From: Hydrolagus affinis | Lineage: Eukaryota | DNA: 52,543 nucleotides | Direction of reading: 5' to 3' | Assembly (NCBI GenBank): GCA_012026655.1 | Contig: JAAILG010002620.1 | Coordinates: 1-52,543 of the forward strand | In this document: piece after piece, positions 11,450-24,919 of the stretch | Position numbering within the stretch: the first letter of the stretch is position 1 | How the letters are laid out: every line of letters begins with the position of its first letter | Made by a program: the position numbers and the translations under genes | The notes under the pieces: generated by a model | Told to the model about the DNA's origin: nothing | What the model saw: the letters and a program-made list of their open reading frames with translations, nothing else | Databases searched by the model: none

Positions 11450-11623
11450 GATGCTATTGGATGGTGGGATCACATGGTGGGGGGGAGTCACGTGAATAGA
11501 AATAAGAGCGGCCGAAGGAAAATGGGTGTTTGGTGTAAATCTGGGTGTAATGCTGCCATATATCACGCTATCTCGTAAAACCGACACTGAATAGTCTCGG
11601 CCAACAAATCACCAGACAAAATT
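11450..11623 (+). promoter_or_regulatory. HoxA7 promoter / conserved 5' element
   Basis: ATTGG 11456-11460, CACATG, GTCACGTGA (CACGTG 11489-11494), then TTTGGTGTAAATCTGGGTGTAATGCTGCCATATATCACGCTATCTCGTAAAACCGACACTGAA, recognisable as the conserved Hox7-upstream block. Confidence 0.7.
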
Positions 11624-12017
11624 ATGAGTTCGTCGTATTATGTGAATGCTCTTTTTCCCAAATATGCGGCGGGGACATCCGTGTTCCAGAACGCGGGCGG
11701 CTTTACAGAAGCGACTTCTTGCGCCTTTGCCACCAACTCCCAAAGATCGGGCTATGGAGCGGGCGGCAGCGCCTTCCCAGCCCCGATGGCCGGGCTGTAC
11801 AATGTTAACAGTGCAATCTATCACGGCCCTTCCCTGTACAACACAGGTTATTCCCTAAACTCAGATTCCTACAACCTGCGCTGCTCCTCCCTAGACCAGA
11901 ACATTCCAGTTCTTTGCAGCGATCTGAACAAACAGGGTTGTGAAAAATTGGATCAGACAAACGTGCACCCTCAAGCAGAGAGCAATTTCCGGATTTACCC
12001 CTGGATGAGGAATGCAG
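11624..12017 (+). CDS. HoxA7: Homeobox protein Hox-A7, coding exon 1
   Basis: MSSSYYVNALFPKYAAGTSVFQNA...SCAFATNSQRSGYG...FRIYPWMR hexapeptide; donor G|GTATGA 12017/12018. Confidence 0.96.
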
Positions 12018-13124
12018 GTATGAGACATAAATGTAACATAGCTATGAGATGGCCATATAAATGGCCGGCTAGGATGAACGCCAGTACATCCTTAAAGTAG
12101 TTAAAGAGTTTTAATGATGGCTCAGCTGAGTTCCTCAAACGCATGTGGCATTGTATGCAGATAGCAATCATAAAACTTTTATTGCACAATTAATCAGTAC
12201 AATCCTCGTAAAAGCACTCGACTTCCGCTCCTTTAAAGTTAACAGCAACTCACATATTGCTTGTTTACCCCCCTTTTATTAGCATCAATGGGAACCCTTT
12301 TTAACCGGGGAAAATTCCTGTATTCACAAGTAAATATAGAAGTGATATGTTCCAGGACTAACACACGTTTAGAGAGAAAGCAATGTCGATTTGGCATTTA
12401 AGAAATTACTTTATTGCTTTTCACCTCAAGAAAGAGCCCTTGGCTCATATGAAGTTTCCTCCTTTGCTAGTTGTCTTTTTTTTCTTCTAAATTTACCATC
12501 GCAGTGTCTCAATACAGAGGAATTTCCCGTCAGTGGAAATGGACAATTTCCCTTTGCTGGCGTCAATAACAGCACATTTACACATTCAAAGAATCACACA
12601 TAGAATTACACCATTAAAACCTCGTTGGATTCAGCCTATCGAAAACCGGTGTCGAAATGTTCCTACTGTGACTGCTGGCAATTGTTAAAAGTTTTGATTG
12701 TTTTATATTGATATGAAACTTGTTTATTTGTGTTGATTGGCTTTTTGCCATCTGTATTTATTCATTTTTTTTACGCTGGCAAAGCTTCCATTCAGAAACA
12801 GCAAAAAAAAAACAGTTTGGTGCAACTTCAACCTTACCCCCATCTTAATTCATGTAAGGCAAAATTCGACAGAGTCTCACACGGAAAACAATGAGAATAT
12901 AAATCATTTATATTTCCTTCTCAGACTCATATATATCCCTACCATTGAAGCTTTGAAGACACAGAATGTGTAAACAATACCCCTGACTCAAAACAAGAAA
13001 CCGCCGAAATCTCCAAATATTGATGTGCATCTCAAACCTTACACTGGGCTGTTTATACATGGAAATCATTCAGCAATAAACATTAAAGCTTTTAATTATA
13101 AAACAGCGGAAACAAGAGACATAG

Positions 13125-13481
<357 letters not shown>

Positions 13482-13551
13482 GACTTCCCCATGAATCCAG
13501 AAATGTTTCAAATCTATGAAGTTGTTTTGCAACAGCTAACTATGACATTAA

Positions 13552-14570
13552 ACTACCTAACCACGATCGTGGACAGTTGAAGAAACCCTGTGCTTCGGCA
13601 CGCGTAATACTACCTATATGTCTTCGTAACCTCTTTCGTATTTATAATTTCAAATTGAATATAAGATTATTCTCTCTAGTACTGGACGCATAGACGCGTT
13701 GAGTAAAAGAAATAGGAATTGGGTTCAGAATCATAATGTCTGTCTTTAATATATTAACAATTATATATATAATTGTTATATATTAATATAACTCGGAAAT
13801 AGATTCGGAATCTGCGAATTAGTGAAATTAATTGGAGTTCGATTCGGAATGGGAATTAGACTCTGTGAGTGAAGCGGTAAACATAAATGGCATTAAATTG
13901 AGACTTGGTGTAGGGCAGAAGTAAACAATTTGAACTGAAATTCAGAATCCGCATTGGCAGCGATGAAATAAACGGTGAAGCACGCAGACATGGCGTGGGA
14001 GCCATCAAGATGAAAAGGATAAAATTGTGGCCTATTGATAAAATTATTAAGATTGGATTTAGAATCTGTATCTGCGTTAATCAAAGAAGAACGAATAACA
14101 GTAGCAAGCACAGAAAACAATTTTAACCACTATTCTAGTCTATCTAATACTGAACACTCCATGCTACTATATAATCTCTTGCACTGAACTATTCCTGAGA
14201 GTTATTCTCTCTACTTTTAAAAAAAACTTACAAATATACATTTTTACAAAAATATTCTGTTGATCACTTTGATTCACACGAGTACCAGTGCTATGATGAT
14301 AATCATTCATTTTAATTAAACTGGAAATTAAGCATTGAAACCACAAAAACAACAATTTCCACAATTAATGGAAAGCTGCAATGCTATTTTTCTTCTCAAT
14401 TTCTTTGTTTACTCAAACACAATTTTAGCAGGTTGTTCTCTCGATGTATCCGTTTACTCAGCAAATCACGGATCAATTAGCAAATAAAAGGTTGATTCGC
14501 AGAGCAATGAAATGTAACTACCTAAACCACTGTAGTGGATTACTTGCACATCAATATGAAAAACTACCTA
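13552..14570 (+). promoter_or_regulatory. Four miR-196 8-mer sites in the HoxA7 3' UTR
   Basis: ACTACCTA at 13552-13559, 13609-13616, 14517-14524, 14563-14570; HoxA7 is an established multi-site miR-196 target. Confidence 0.85.
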
Positions 14571-14716
14571 AATGTTTTAACAATCACCTCTTCTAGATAA
14601 TATTCGTTTATCGACAAATTGTTCTTACAGAGGTCCTGTTTTTTCCACATTCGTGGAATATAATCTGGCAGTTTTAAAAATGTGAATTATTCTTCGATGT
14701 AATTTTTTGTAATAAA
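14483..14716 (+). terminator. HoxA7 candidate polyadenylation signals
   Basis: AATAAA at 14483-14488 and 14711-14716. Confidence 0.55.
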
Positions 14717-15625
14717 GTGCACACTTTAAAACTTCGAAATAACCAGAACTACCCAGATCTCGGTTTGGCATTTGACGTGGAAAGAATGCTTTAGTACCGT
14801 GATAAAGACCTTTCTGTATAAATAAGCAGACATGTCACATTAGTGGATGGGAATTGCAACAAAACATAAAAATATACCTTTGTGTTATCAAACATGTACA
14901 TTTCCTAAACATTAAAAAAAACAGTATTGCTATAGGATGTATCCGTGTTAAATGTGTCGTGTTGGTTGTCTCATACATATGTACTGTACAAATGAAAATA
15001 AAGAAATGAAAAATCGAATCCCCAAATGTAATAGAAACCCGATTTTCACTGTTGATTGAATATGCTGTGGCTCTGTTTGAATACAGTATTCCGTGTGGTA
15101 TTTGTGTCAATCGAAAGTTTGCTTTGTAATTTGTGTACGTGTTGTTAAATAATACCTGATATTAAAAAGGTTCAAGGTGCAATCTATTTAAAAAAATGTT
15201 CGTTCCAGTCATGTATGCTTTAAATGAAATCTCTGTAGGAAAACAAAATATGAAAAACATTAAACGATTCTTGAATGCAATGCTTTCTTACTTCCTTGGG
15301 TGTCGAAAATAGTTGACACTAAATGAATATGCATATGGTGCATATACGTTTCTTTACAAATATATGAATTAATTAGTTAAGAATTAATTATTGTATAGGA
15401 TTCTTATAACAGTATTTAAAAGGAAATCACTATACACATAGTCGTTCAATCTCTGCACGTTGTATTTTTTTTCTAATTAAACATTTATCTATAACTTTAT
15501 GTAGACCTGCACATACGAATCAAATAGTGACTCCACTCATTTATACCACACATATGGAAATGGTAGGTAATACATTCAGGTGTTTTGCTACAATACACTT
15601 ATTGAAACATATTAATAGGAGAGAA

Positions 15626-15904
15626 TACTCTTTCGAAATTTAGGCAATCATAGAGCGAAAGGGGTCTATTAAATAATTTGGATTTAGTTTCAAATCATGT
15701 TCATATTTGTACTTCCAATAAAGAGTTAAATTAGCTGAGAAAAGCCCAGATGATTTTTTTCAGTTTTTGAAACATTAAAAGGAATCGTACACTTTCGAAA
15801 TTCAGATAATCAAAGAGTGAAAGGATCTTATTTAATAATCTGGATTTAGTTTCGAAGCATGTCCATATTTTCACGTCAAAAAAGTCTTAGATTATAGAGA
15901 AGCC
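15626..15904. repeat. Diverged tandem duplication: two ~120 nt copies, 162 nt period
   Basis: 15626-15746 versus 15788-15904; shared CTTTCGAAATT, GAAAGG, TGGATTTAGTTTC, CATGT.CATATTT; about 15 mismatches in the first ~83 ungapped positions by hand count. Confidence 0.85.
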
Positions 15905-16329
15905 AAGTCAATGTTGTATTCTTGTATTGCAGTTTAATCGTATTCAATTTTTTAAAAAGAGCCGAGTTGCCGCTCTCAAATCGAAACTGAACGAATTTTA
16001 GACCAGCCCGGCGATGTACATACTGCGGCACTTCTCCACTTGCAGCTTTCCTGATATAAAATTAACCCGGTTACGTTGCATCTGCAGAATATTAAAAAGG
16101 AGAGGAAACAAGTACATATCGATATATAAGATACGTGATTTTATGTAAACCCGATTAATGTATTAAAACAGCAGTTAGAATAGAGGAAACGTGTAGTAAT
16201 CGTTTAAAAAGAACATTTCCCCTCAACGTAATATTAATATAAAGTATATGGTTTTAAAATGGATTATTATATTCACAACCGTGAAAAATTCTTTAATAAT
16301 TTTACAATATAAACTTGTTTCTTTGTTAA

Positions 16330-16520
16330 AAATGGCGTCTAAGACCTGCCTCCTAATAGTCATGGGGAAATGTCATAAATCCGTTGTTGTTTTATGAAAA
16401 TTTACAACTTTGCAATAGAACTTTACGAGTTGTTCGGTTTTTCCATTGGCCGCTGACGGTCATGTGGATTGCAGCCGTGAACATGAACTTTTATAATTTC
16501 CCTTGCGAGTATAGAGCAGC
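16330..16520 (+). promoter_or_regulatory. Conserved non-coding element between HoxA7 and HoxA6, probable distal promoter
   Basis: YY1-like AAAATGGCG, GTCATAAAT...TTTATG, TTTACAAC, TTTACGA, CCATTGGCC, GTCATGTG and TTTATAA in promoter-like order; good donor AGG|GTAAGG at 16954/16955 downstream. Confidence 0.6.
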
Positions 16521-19500
16521 ATTCTTGTGCTTAGCGTGTCTAGGCTCGGATGTAGGAGCTTTGCAGCCTTTTTCAACGCATGATTTTTTTTTCCTTTGCG
16601 TTTTCTGTCTCTCTCTCTCTCTCTCTCGAGTACAGTGATTATTGCTCATGGAGCTTCAATGCAGCAAGCCCCTAAGCACGCACCTCATGGTTAGTAGCTA
16701 CGAATTCCTCCACGGAAGGTGGGACGCTGGATTTAAAAAGCCCCGGCTCAGATCTGCAGGGCAGTTTCCTGCTCCTCGTCACCCAACGCCGCCGGCAGAA
16801 TGGGGGAGCCATTGGTCTGGGATGGAGCTGAACAGACAGCTGTCAAAATGCCATGGGCTTTGCAAACAATGACAGGGGCTTCTGCAAACACTGCGGGCAT
16901 TGCAAATAAACTCGCCCACCAGACCAAGCCATGGACTGAGCAGTCAGCTGCAGGGTAAGGGCCTATTCGACATTCTCAGCAGTGTAAATTCTACTACAGT
17001 GCTCTTTAACTGGAATATTCCACCTTGTGTGCTTAAAGAACCTTTAATATGTCAAAGTTGAAAGACTGATGTGGCAACCGGATTAAAGATTTCCACAGTG
17101 TATTACTTAATTACTTAAGTTTTTATATATATAAACATACTTCCTCTTGAACCTTTTTTTTTACTCATTTGATGTGTTTTTCTCTGTTTTTTTTTAAAAA
17201 AGTGTAAAATGTATCATTGGAAGTTGTACGTTCGCTTTGCTTTGATCACCAAACGGCTAGTTGGTTCAGAATATTTTGGCCAAGGAACGCATTTTACAGA
17301 AGTAGATCGCAGCCTTAATGATGTTTTCAGAAACTGCCAGCAGGATCATAGAGGTGTAGCTTATTGTAGCCAATTAATTTGCATGGAATTCTCTATATTT
17401 TTAAAGAACAGAACATGAACTCATGTTAATTATGTGTAAATTGGTGTTTAGATTGATCGCGCTACAAGTCTTTTGGTGAATATTTTTTTCCTACTGGATA
17501 TCGCTTTTAAACGCCATGATTTTCGTTTAAGATTCTATGCAGTTTTTAATGTCGCTTTTTGAATATTTGTAACACATGAATAGATTGTACGTTGTCATCC
17601 AACATTGCAGGTTAGGTGATATTTCGGATATACGTTATCTGGTTTGGTAGCACTATTCGCTTAATCTGCGACTTTATTTTCACTGATATTATCAAGAATG
17701 AAAAATGATTATGAACGCAACCTTTGGATGTGCATCTGTTGTTATTTCTGACTTATACGAAGGGAAAATTCGCCCTTCTGGTATTCAGCCCGAGTCTGAC
17801 TTCAGCGTGTGTTGATATTTATTACCTATCCTTTTGGAATCTATGCTGCCACCGTGTGTTTGGAGTGAGGACAACCGCAGGTTGCTGCAGCATCGAGCAG
17901 TCATGTGTTGCTGATTAAGTGGTTGAGTTGCATTTACAAATTAACGGTTGTTAAACGTTGTATCCTTGTTTTGGGGTCGAAAGAAGTAAATTGTACTTGG
18001 CTCGCAGAGCATCCGGGGATATTGAACATTGAGCAAGTGGTATTTGTGTCTTGTTTAAAGATACAATGGTAGGAAATTGATTATTTAAAATGTAAAAATC
18101 ACGGAATGTATGAAATGAACTTTGAACTGTGATTAGATCTCCCCCCCTCTCTCCCCCCCACCCCCCCCCCCCACACACACCTTCGAATCGACACGTATAT
18201 ATTTGCTTGATCGTTTTGAGAATATGGGTAATCTATAGGCGAAATATCAGTAACCTACTAGCTGTTGGGATGCTTGGAACACTCTCGACATTGGTTATTC
18301 TGCCCGCTTTCACGTTTTGCAAATAGTTGATATACAACATACACAGCTCCTTAGCCGATAAGTTCTGACTGGTTATATGGTTCAAAATGTGTGCCCTCGA
18401 AGGTCAGTCCGCAAATTACCATTAAACAAAAGTATTTACATAATATGAGGGTTATTTAACTTATAATTGTTGAATTATAACAAAACGCCCTCTAAAAGAT
18501 AAAATACTACTTTCCTACTATATAGACCTTTGCTCGAGAAAGGTAAAGAGAACATGAATTTGAGTTTAAATTAGGTTTGGAAGGCAAGACTTTGGTTGAA
18601 TGTATAACAAACAACAGCGGTGTCCATTAAAAAGGTGTACAATGGCCATTTTGTGACGATAAAATATTGCATTTTTTATAAAGCCTTTTTTAAATAAAAG
18701 CCTTCTTAAAAATACAAGTAGACCGTAGCAATATTTCAATGAGATAGGATGTTTCCAAAAGACGATAGAGTTCTTTTAAAATTATTTCATTGCACGATTT
18801 GTACAATTCCTTAAAATAAAACAAAAGGTTTTTAACTATAGAGGTGGGAAACGGCATAAAAATAAAATTCCAGGCCAGTTTCCATTATGAGTCACTGGCT
18901 GGTATTTCGCGATTCTTCCGAAGTCATTTAAAGGAAAGGATTTTAAAAGAAGGATTAAATAGTAGATTAAATGTATATCGAGTTTCTTTTACCCCAAGTA
19001 TAATCGTTTGGACTGGCAAAGCGAATTTCGCGTTAAACTCTGGAACAAATAGAACATAGGCCTCAATTATTCCTAATAAGCGGGGACAAAAAGTTACTTC
19101 TAACTAAATTGTTGACTGATTAAGTTGCATCAGCTTTTATGACCTCTTGAACAAATAACAATTCGTCAAAAAATATACGCGTAACGTACTGGTAGCTACT
19201 TAACATCTGGGCATATTTTGTTTGCAATATATAGACTTTATCCTTTTGGAGAAAAAAATCGCTGATATTCTTTTAATGCAATATTCATTTTTAATTTCTC
19301 ACTGCCAGGATCCATACATTTTCTATACTTTATAATTTTATCAGTGTTGTTATGTTCAAGCCAATTAAACCGGCAACGGAAAGAACAAATCGCACTGAGG
19401 ATATTTTAACCATTGGGCTCCCAACTTTGTAAAACCGTCCTCAGCTACTTTGGAAGAAAAATATTTCTATAGTTGCTTTGTTTGCTAACCAGATTGAACT

Positions 19501-21968
19501 ATAAATGCAATAATTAGATAATGGGCAAGAAATGAAACAATGGAATGTATTTCTCAAATTATGTATATTTTCCAACCAAAAGGTGATTATAACCACATTT
19601 TTAATTCAATATTATTCGGTTGACTATCAAATTGACATATACTCTATGGAAATACAGTCCTATTTTATATTGTTTTTTGTCCGATTTCTCGAATAAAACG
19701 TGATCACGCCGCATTTTATTAGCTGTTTCACCTCATTGGGAAAAACAATAGCCATGCATTTCTCAATGCCCTTTTGTTGTGTATCGTTCAATATTTCCTT
19801 TCCTCGGGTGCATTTTGTCATTTGCACTATAATTATTCCGAAAAGGTTTACAAGTGTGCAAGAATTGTGGGGCAATTGCCCAAATCATGCCCCCCACTTT
19901 TATTTAAAGGTTTGACGAATGAACGTAAATTAAAAACCATTCAAAAAACAAATCATAAACAGAATAGATCAAGCGTTGATGGGAAAACTTAGAATTTATT
20001 AAACTGGTATGTACAATTAGCAAGAAAAAGGTACAATACAATATATTACACAACACAACAAGAGGCTTTTAGGACAGCAACCGAGGAAAGCGGCAAGCGT
20101 CGGCCTTTCTTTAAGAGGATTCGAACTCGCGTATTCTTGCACATTTCCCTCCACACTTGTGCTGCATTATACTCACTTCTTGAACAGAAACAGCTTTTGA
20201 TGTCGGCCAGCTTCAATTTGGCGATCAGTTTCGGCCTACAATTAAGAAGGAAAGACAAATATAAGACTTCAGGGTCGGAAATTAACCCGCTCATGACATC
20301 TAACCATTTGTGACCAATAAAGTATTTTGACCTGAAACAAGCCATATTTCCGACAGTCAACATGCAAAAAAAAACAGTCGACTAACCAAGAAACAAACGC
20401 GTGTACTAAATGACCTTTTCTAATAATAATTGGATCAGACTTGTTTGTTTTGAGGTGCTGTAACAATACTTGCAACAAAGCTTTAAATATTTGTCCTATT
20501 TAAATCAGACAATATATACATTAGGTATATACAGTACATATTATGCACGATGTCTTAGCAATGTCAATACGTGATGTAACCAATGTTGACAGGGAAGGAA
20601 AGCTGACGAGATCATGGGATCCTTAGCAAGGAGCCCTTGACTTCCGTCCTTTCCCTGCTTGTGAAGCCGCGCACTGAGTACAGCAAATGCTCTGTTATTT
20701 CAAACACAAATGCCTCCATCGAGATGTTCAAAAATGCCTAATTATTCCAAAAGAAACATTCCACTATTTTATGGTCGATAAAGCCTTAACAGGGTGTAAT
20801 TATGGAAAATCGAAGTTGGGATTTGGGGAGTATTAGCGAATTTCAACCGTATGCAATTAAAACAACATTGTGATGGAAGAGAGGCCAACATACAGGCTTA
20901 TCAAGTATGAAATGGAGCCTGTGTGGATCTGCAGCTCGCTTTGACGTCTCAACAAACCCCGTGAACATTGGTTAAATAGTTTTCTCCAGAAGTACTGTAG
21001 CGTTTGTATGCTAAATGCATGCGTGTGTATATGCATGGTTTAATGAAGAGCGCTGGTGCAATAACAATTGCTCCCCACAAACTACAGAAAAATTATTTTA
21101 AAGCTGAGATATCGCTTTGTGTTCATCTCTTAGGCTGTATTTTATGAGAATCAAAATTAAATCTATAAATCATCTTCTTTAATAATACACTTACCACTAC
21201 GATTTTTCTGTTTGTTTTCCCACTATGAATTTATTGACATAAACCAGTTCATGGAATCAAGAAAAATTTGATGTTTCTCAGTCCCAGCAATTGGAGAGGC
21301 TATTGTTCTCCAGCGCGTTTAAAAGAGGCTAGAAACACATATTATGCAGAGACTGTTGTCTGGTGTTTCTGAACTAGTCTAAGAAAGGTAACGAAAGGAA
21401 TTTTGATGTCTCGAAAAGATCCAATCAAGGGCTAAGTTAATAAGATGAATTAATCCTCACAACTGTTATTACCTTGTTCTGGTCTATCTTTCGCACTTAC
21501 CTATAAGCACATCCACTGAATTAATCATTTATCGATTTATATCCTATTATCCCCCATTTTGGATCATCTATCGTCTAATCACTGTTTATCAAGCTATTGT
21601 TGCATAGTTTATGCATATGTGACTCCCACACGCAAAACTGTATGAAATATATACAATTATACATCACAATATCTTGTAATGCAATAATGTTCTTATTCGT
21701 GCAATAATATTTTATTAGAACCACCCCTGTTTTAGTTCAGAACTGATTTGGTTGTTTGTAACTTTGCTGGTTCAGTCGTCGGTTCTCTGGGGAGCTTTTT
21801 GAACCAAAGTCGGTTTCTATTGGCCAGAGGCTGATCAGCTGGTTATATTTGCTGCTGTCGCTTTGGCGCTCGGCCACCCTGAAACAAACCACCTCGATGA
21901 CTACTAATAGCTAAACCACATTGTGTACTAATACATAACAAATCATATTACTACAGAGTGTGGAGCAA

Positions 21969-22398
21969 ATGAGTTCGTATTTTGTAAACCCTACTTTTCC
22001 TGTTTCACTGCCTAGTGGTCAGGACTCCTTTCTCGGGCAGATCCCACTCTATACAGCTGGGTATGATGCTCTGAGACACTTTCCAGCTTCCTATGGGGCA
22101 ACGACCCTCCAGGACAAGAGTTACTCGTCACCTTGTTATTATCAACAATCAAACTCAGTAATAGCTTGCAATCGTGCATCGTATGAGTATGGAGCTTCTT
22201 GTTTCTATCCCGAGAAGGATATAGCCAGTATATCGCCATCCAGTAGTGGAAAGCATAGAGCCCAAGATGACTTCTTTTCCTCAGATCAACATTACAAATC
22301 AGATTGTGCGCAAAACAAAATTTTAAGTGAGGAAGCAAACGACCGGAAGTACAGTACACCAATTTATCCTTGGATGCAACGAATGAATTCAAGTTCTA
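21969..22398 (+). CDS. HoxA6: Homeobox protein Hox-A6, coding exon 1
   Basis: [43 protein letters not shown]...[15 protein letters not shown]...[11 protein letters not shown]; donor A|GTGAGT 22398/22399. Confidence 0.97.
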
Positions 22399-22578
22399 GT
22401 GAGTATTTTCCTTTTTCGCAGAAAATAATAATAAAAAGTTTAGCTTAAAATGTTGTGCTTAATTTCAACGTTAAGTGGAATGCATACATATGCAAATATG
22501 TTAAATGTTACGTTTAGCGTTGTATAATTATTTTTGAAACAGCAAACTTGGAAAATGTACCAAATTTGCCAATAATAA

Positions 22579-22881
<303 letters not shown>

Positions 22882-24585
22882 CGTGCACATTCAAAATAAC
22901 TTAGTCTGGGCCTTTCTGTTAGATAGTGGTTTGTGTACTCAATCTGCTAAACAGAGCAGAAAAAAAATCCTATTAGTTTCCGTTACTATTCTCCATGAGC
23001 TTGTGTCTGTGTATAAGTGGTAGAAGAAGTATTTAAATAATTCCGCATTCCATAGGATACTATAATTATTCGACATAGGATTAATTGTTTTATAAATGTG
23101 AAATGTGAGTGTTTCTGCTTCTCTAGTGGTTACTCTGTGATGACTTGCTTTCCAAATAGTACTCCCAATTGTTTCAATCGATATTTTTCTTCGTGGATAT
23201 AATTTGACAGTTTTCAAATAAATGAACGCAATAGGTATGTCCTTTTGATACAGTTAAATACAGTGCTGCATTTTCCCTTATTTTATCTGATTATAATTTA
23301 TTATTGTCTTTGACAAATAAAAAGGGCATAGTGTTCAATCAGCATTTTATGCTCTCTCTGATAAGCAAAATATCTATATTTACTTTTATTTGGCTCCATA
23401 TTCGTAGGATAAATAATGCCAGGGTGCCAACAGTGTCGCCTCTAAATTGAAATTTCACAAAATCGTAACCCGATTTCAAAGTGCTTATTTTTAAGGTAAA
23501 GCTTTCACAAAACTTTATTTGGCACGGGAGGCCTTGCGAAATTGATCGGTAGATGTCCTTATTTCAAAGGAAAAAAAATAGAGAATATACGTGGTAAGAA
23601 TGACTATTCGGTTACTGGAAGCCATTAAATAGGATGATTTTCATTAAATCCGTAACTAAGGACGTAGCGGGAACCACTATTAAATTTATGAAGCATTTAT
23701 TCTTAATATTCATCACAGCAAATGTGTTCTGAACTTGGAAACGGTATCGGGCACAAAGCTCTCATTTTTATTAGGTGAATGACTTGTGTATTTCTAGAGT
23801 GGGTCTTTATAGTTAGATACAGCAATCTCCCATCTAATCTAACCCAACAGAAAGTGAGGCGTAAATAAATTGTTTCCCGGAAACCGAGGTACGAAGGAAA
23901 ATTTATTTACCGGTGGAAACGGGGTTCTGGTTTAGGCTGCACTGTAATAAAGTAGATTGGAACGATTTAAGCGCATTTTCCAATATACGTGACATGATTT
24001 TTAAGAGCGGGAAGATTGGTTTGATAGTTCAAATGTCTGTTTTCGAAATTTCAAGAAACACGCACAAAAACATTAATATCGCGGAATTGTGTGAACAAGA
24101 TACATAGTAGGGAAAACAGCGGTACAAGGCATTTTTGATCTGGTATAATTTCGCATTTTTCTCGAAATAATCAGCTATTGGTAGTTAACGCGTTCGAAAA
24201 AAAACATCAGATAACTGATCAAAATTAAATCCGATAGAGATTTTATTTGAAAAAAACACCCACTTTACAAGAAAATCTGAATTATTTTTGTAACACAATC
24301 CGCGATTGTACATAGAAAAAAATGATGTAGGCTGAGGAAAGGGGTGGTGGGGGGGGAGTGGGGGGGGGAGAGGCTGAACACCGCAAAATGATGGTCAGAA
24401 AAGCATCTGGTTTGGAAAGAAAGAAAAAAAAGGACCTTTTTTTTTTCCTCCCACTGTTTTTAATGGTGAATGTGATTTATTTTACGAAAATGTAACGGTT
24501 ACTTTTGAAATGTGCGGTAGCCTTAATCCGACCCGAGGCCGATTGCCCCGTTCATCATAACCAAAGGAAACTTAGCCCCCTGTCT

Positions 24586-24640
24586 CCAGAGGGTGGCGCG
24601 CAAGGACAACCCATAGCTGCGCCTGGGAGCCGGTGGCGCG
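24586..24640 (+). promoter_or_regulatory. Candidate CTCF site(s) upstream of HoxA5 (C5|6-like)
   Basis: CCAGAGGGTGGCGC 24586-24599 (12/14 to consensus) and a second weaker GCCGGTGGCGC at ~24629-24639. Confidence 0.35.
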
Positions 24641-24699
24641 CCCAATGCTCGTGCCCCCGATGGTGATTTCCCCGCTACCTTCCTGTTTGAAGCCACAGT

Positions 24700-24919
24700 G
24701 CCCGAGTTTACCTCTAGAGGTCATCAGCGAGAATTTACGACTGGACAACAAAAGCACGTGATTCCAAGTCGTACCCCATATTTGGGCGCCTACGTAGGAG
24801 GGAACGAAGTACATGTCCCAGTCATTTCCATAATTCATCATAAATTGTGCAGGGTGCTAGACGCACAAACGACCAAGAGCCACAAATCAAGTAAAAAATA
24901 AATAAATAAAAAAAATCAA
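24700..24919 (+). promoter_or_regulatory. HoxA5 promoter and 5' UTR, highly conserved block
   Basis: TTTACGA, CACGTG 24755-24760, CArG-like CCATATTTGG, CCATAATTCATCATAAATTGTGC; matches the recalled conserved Hox5 promoter. Confidence 0.75.
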
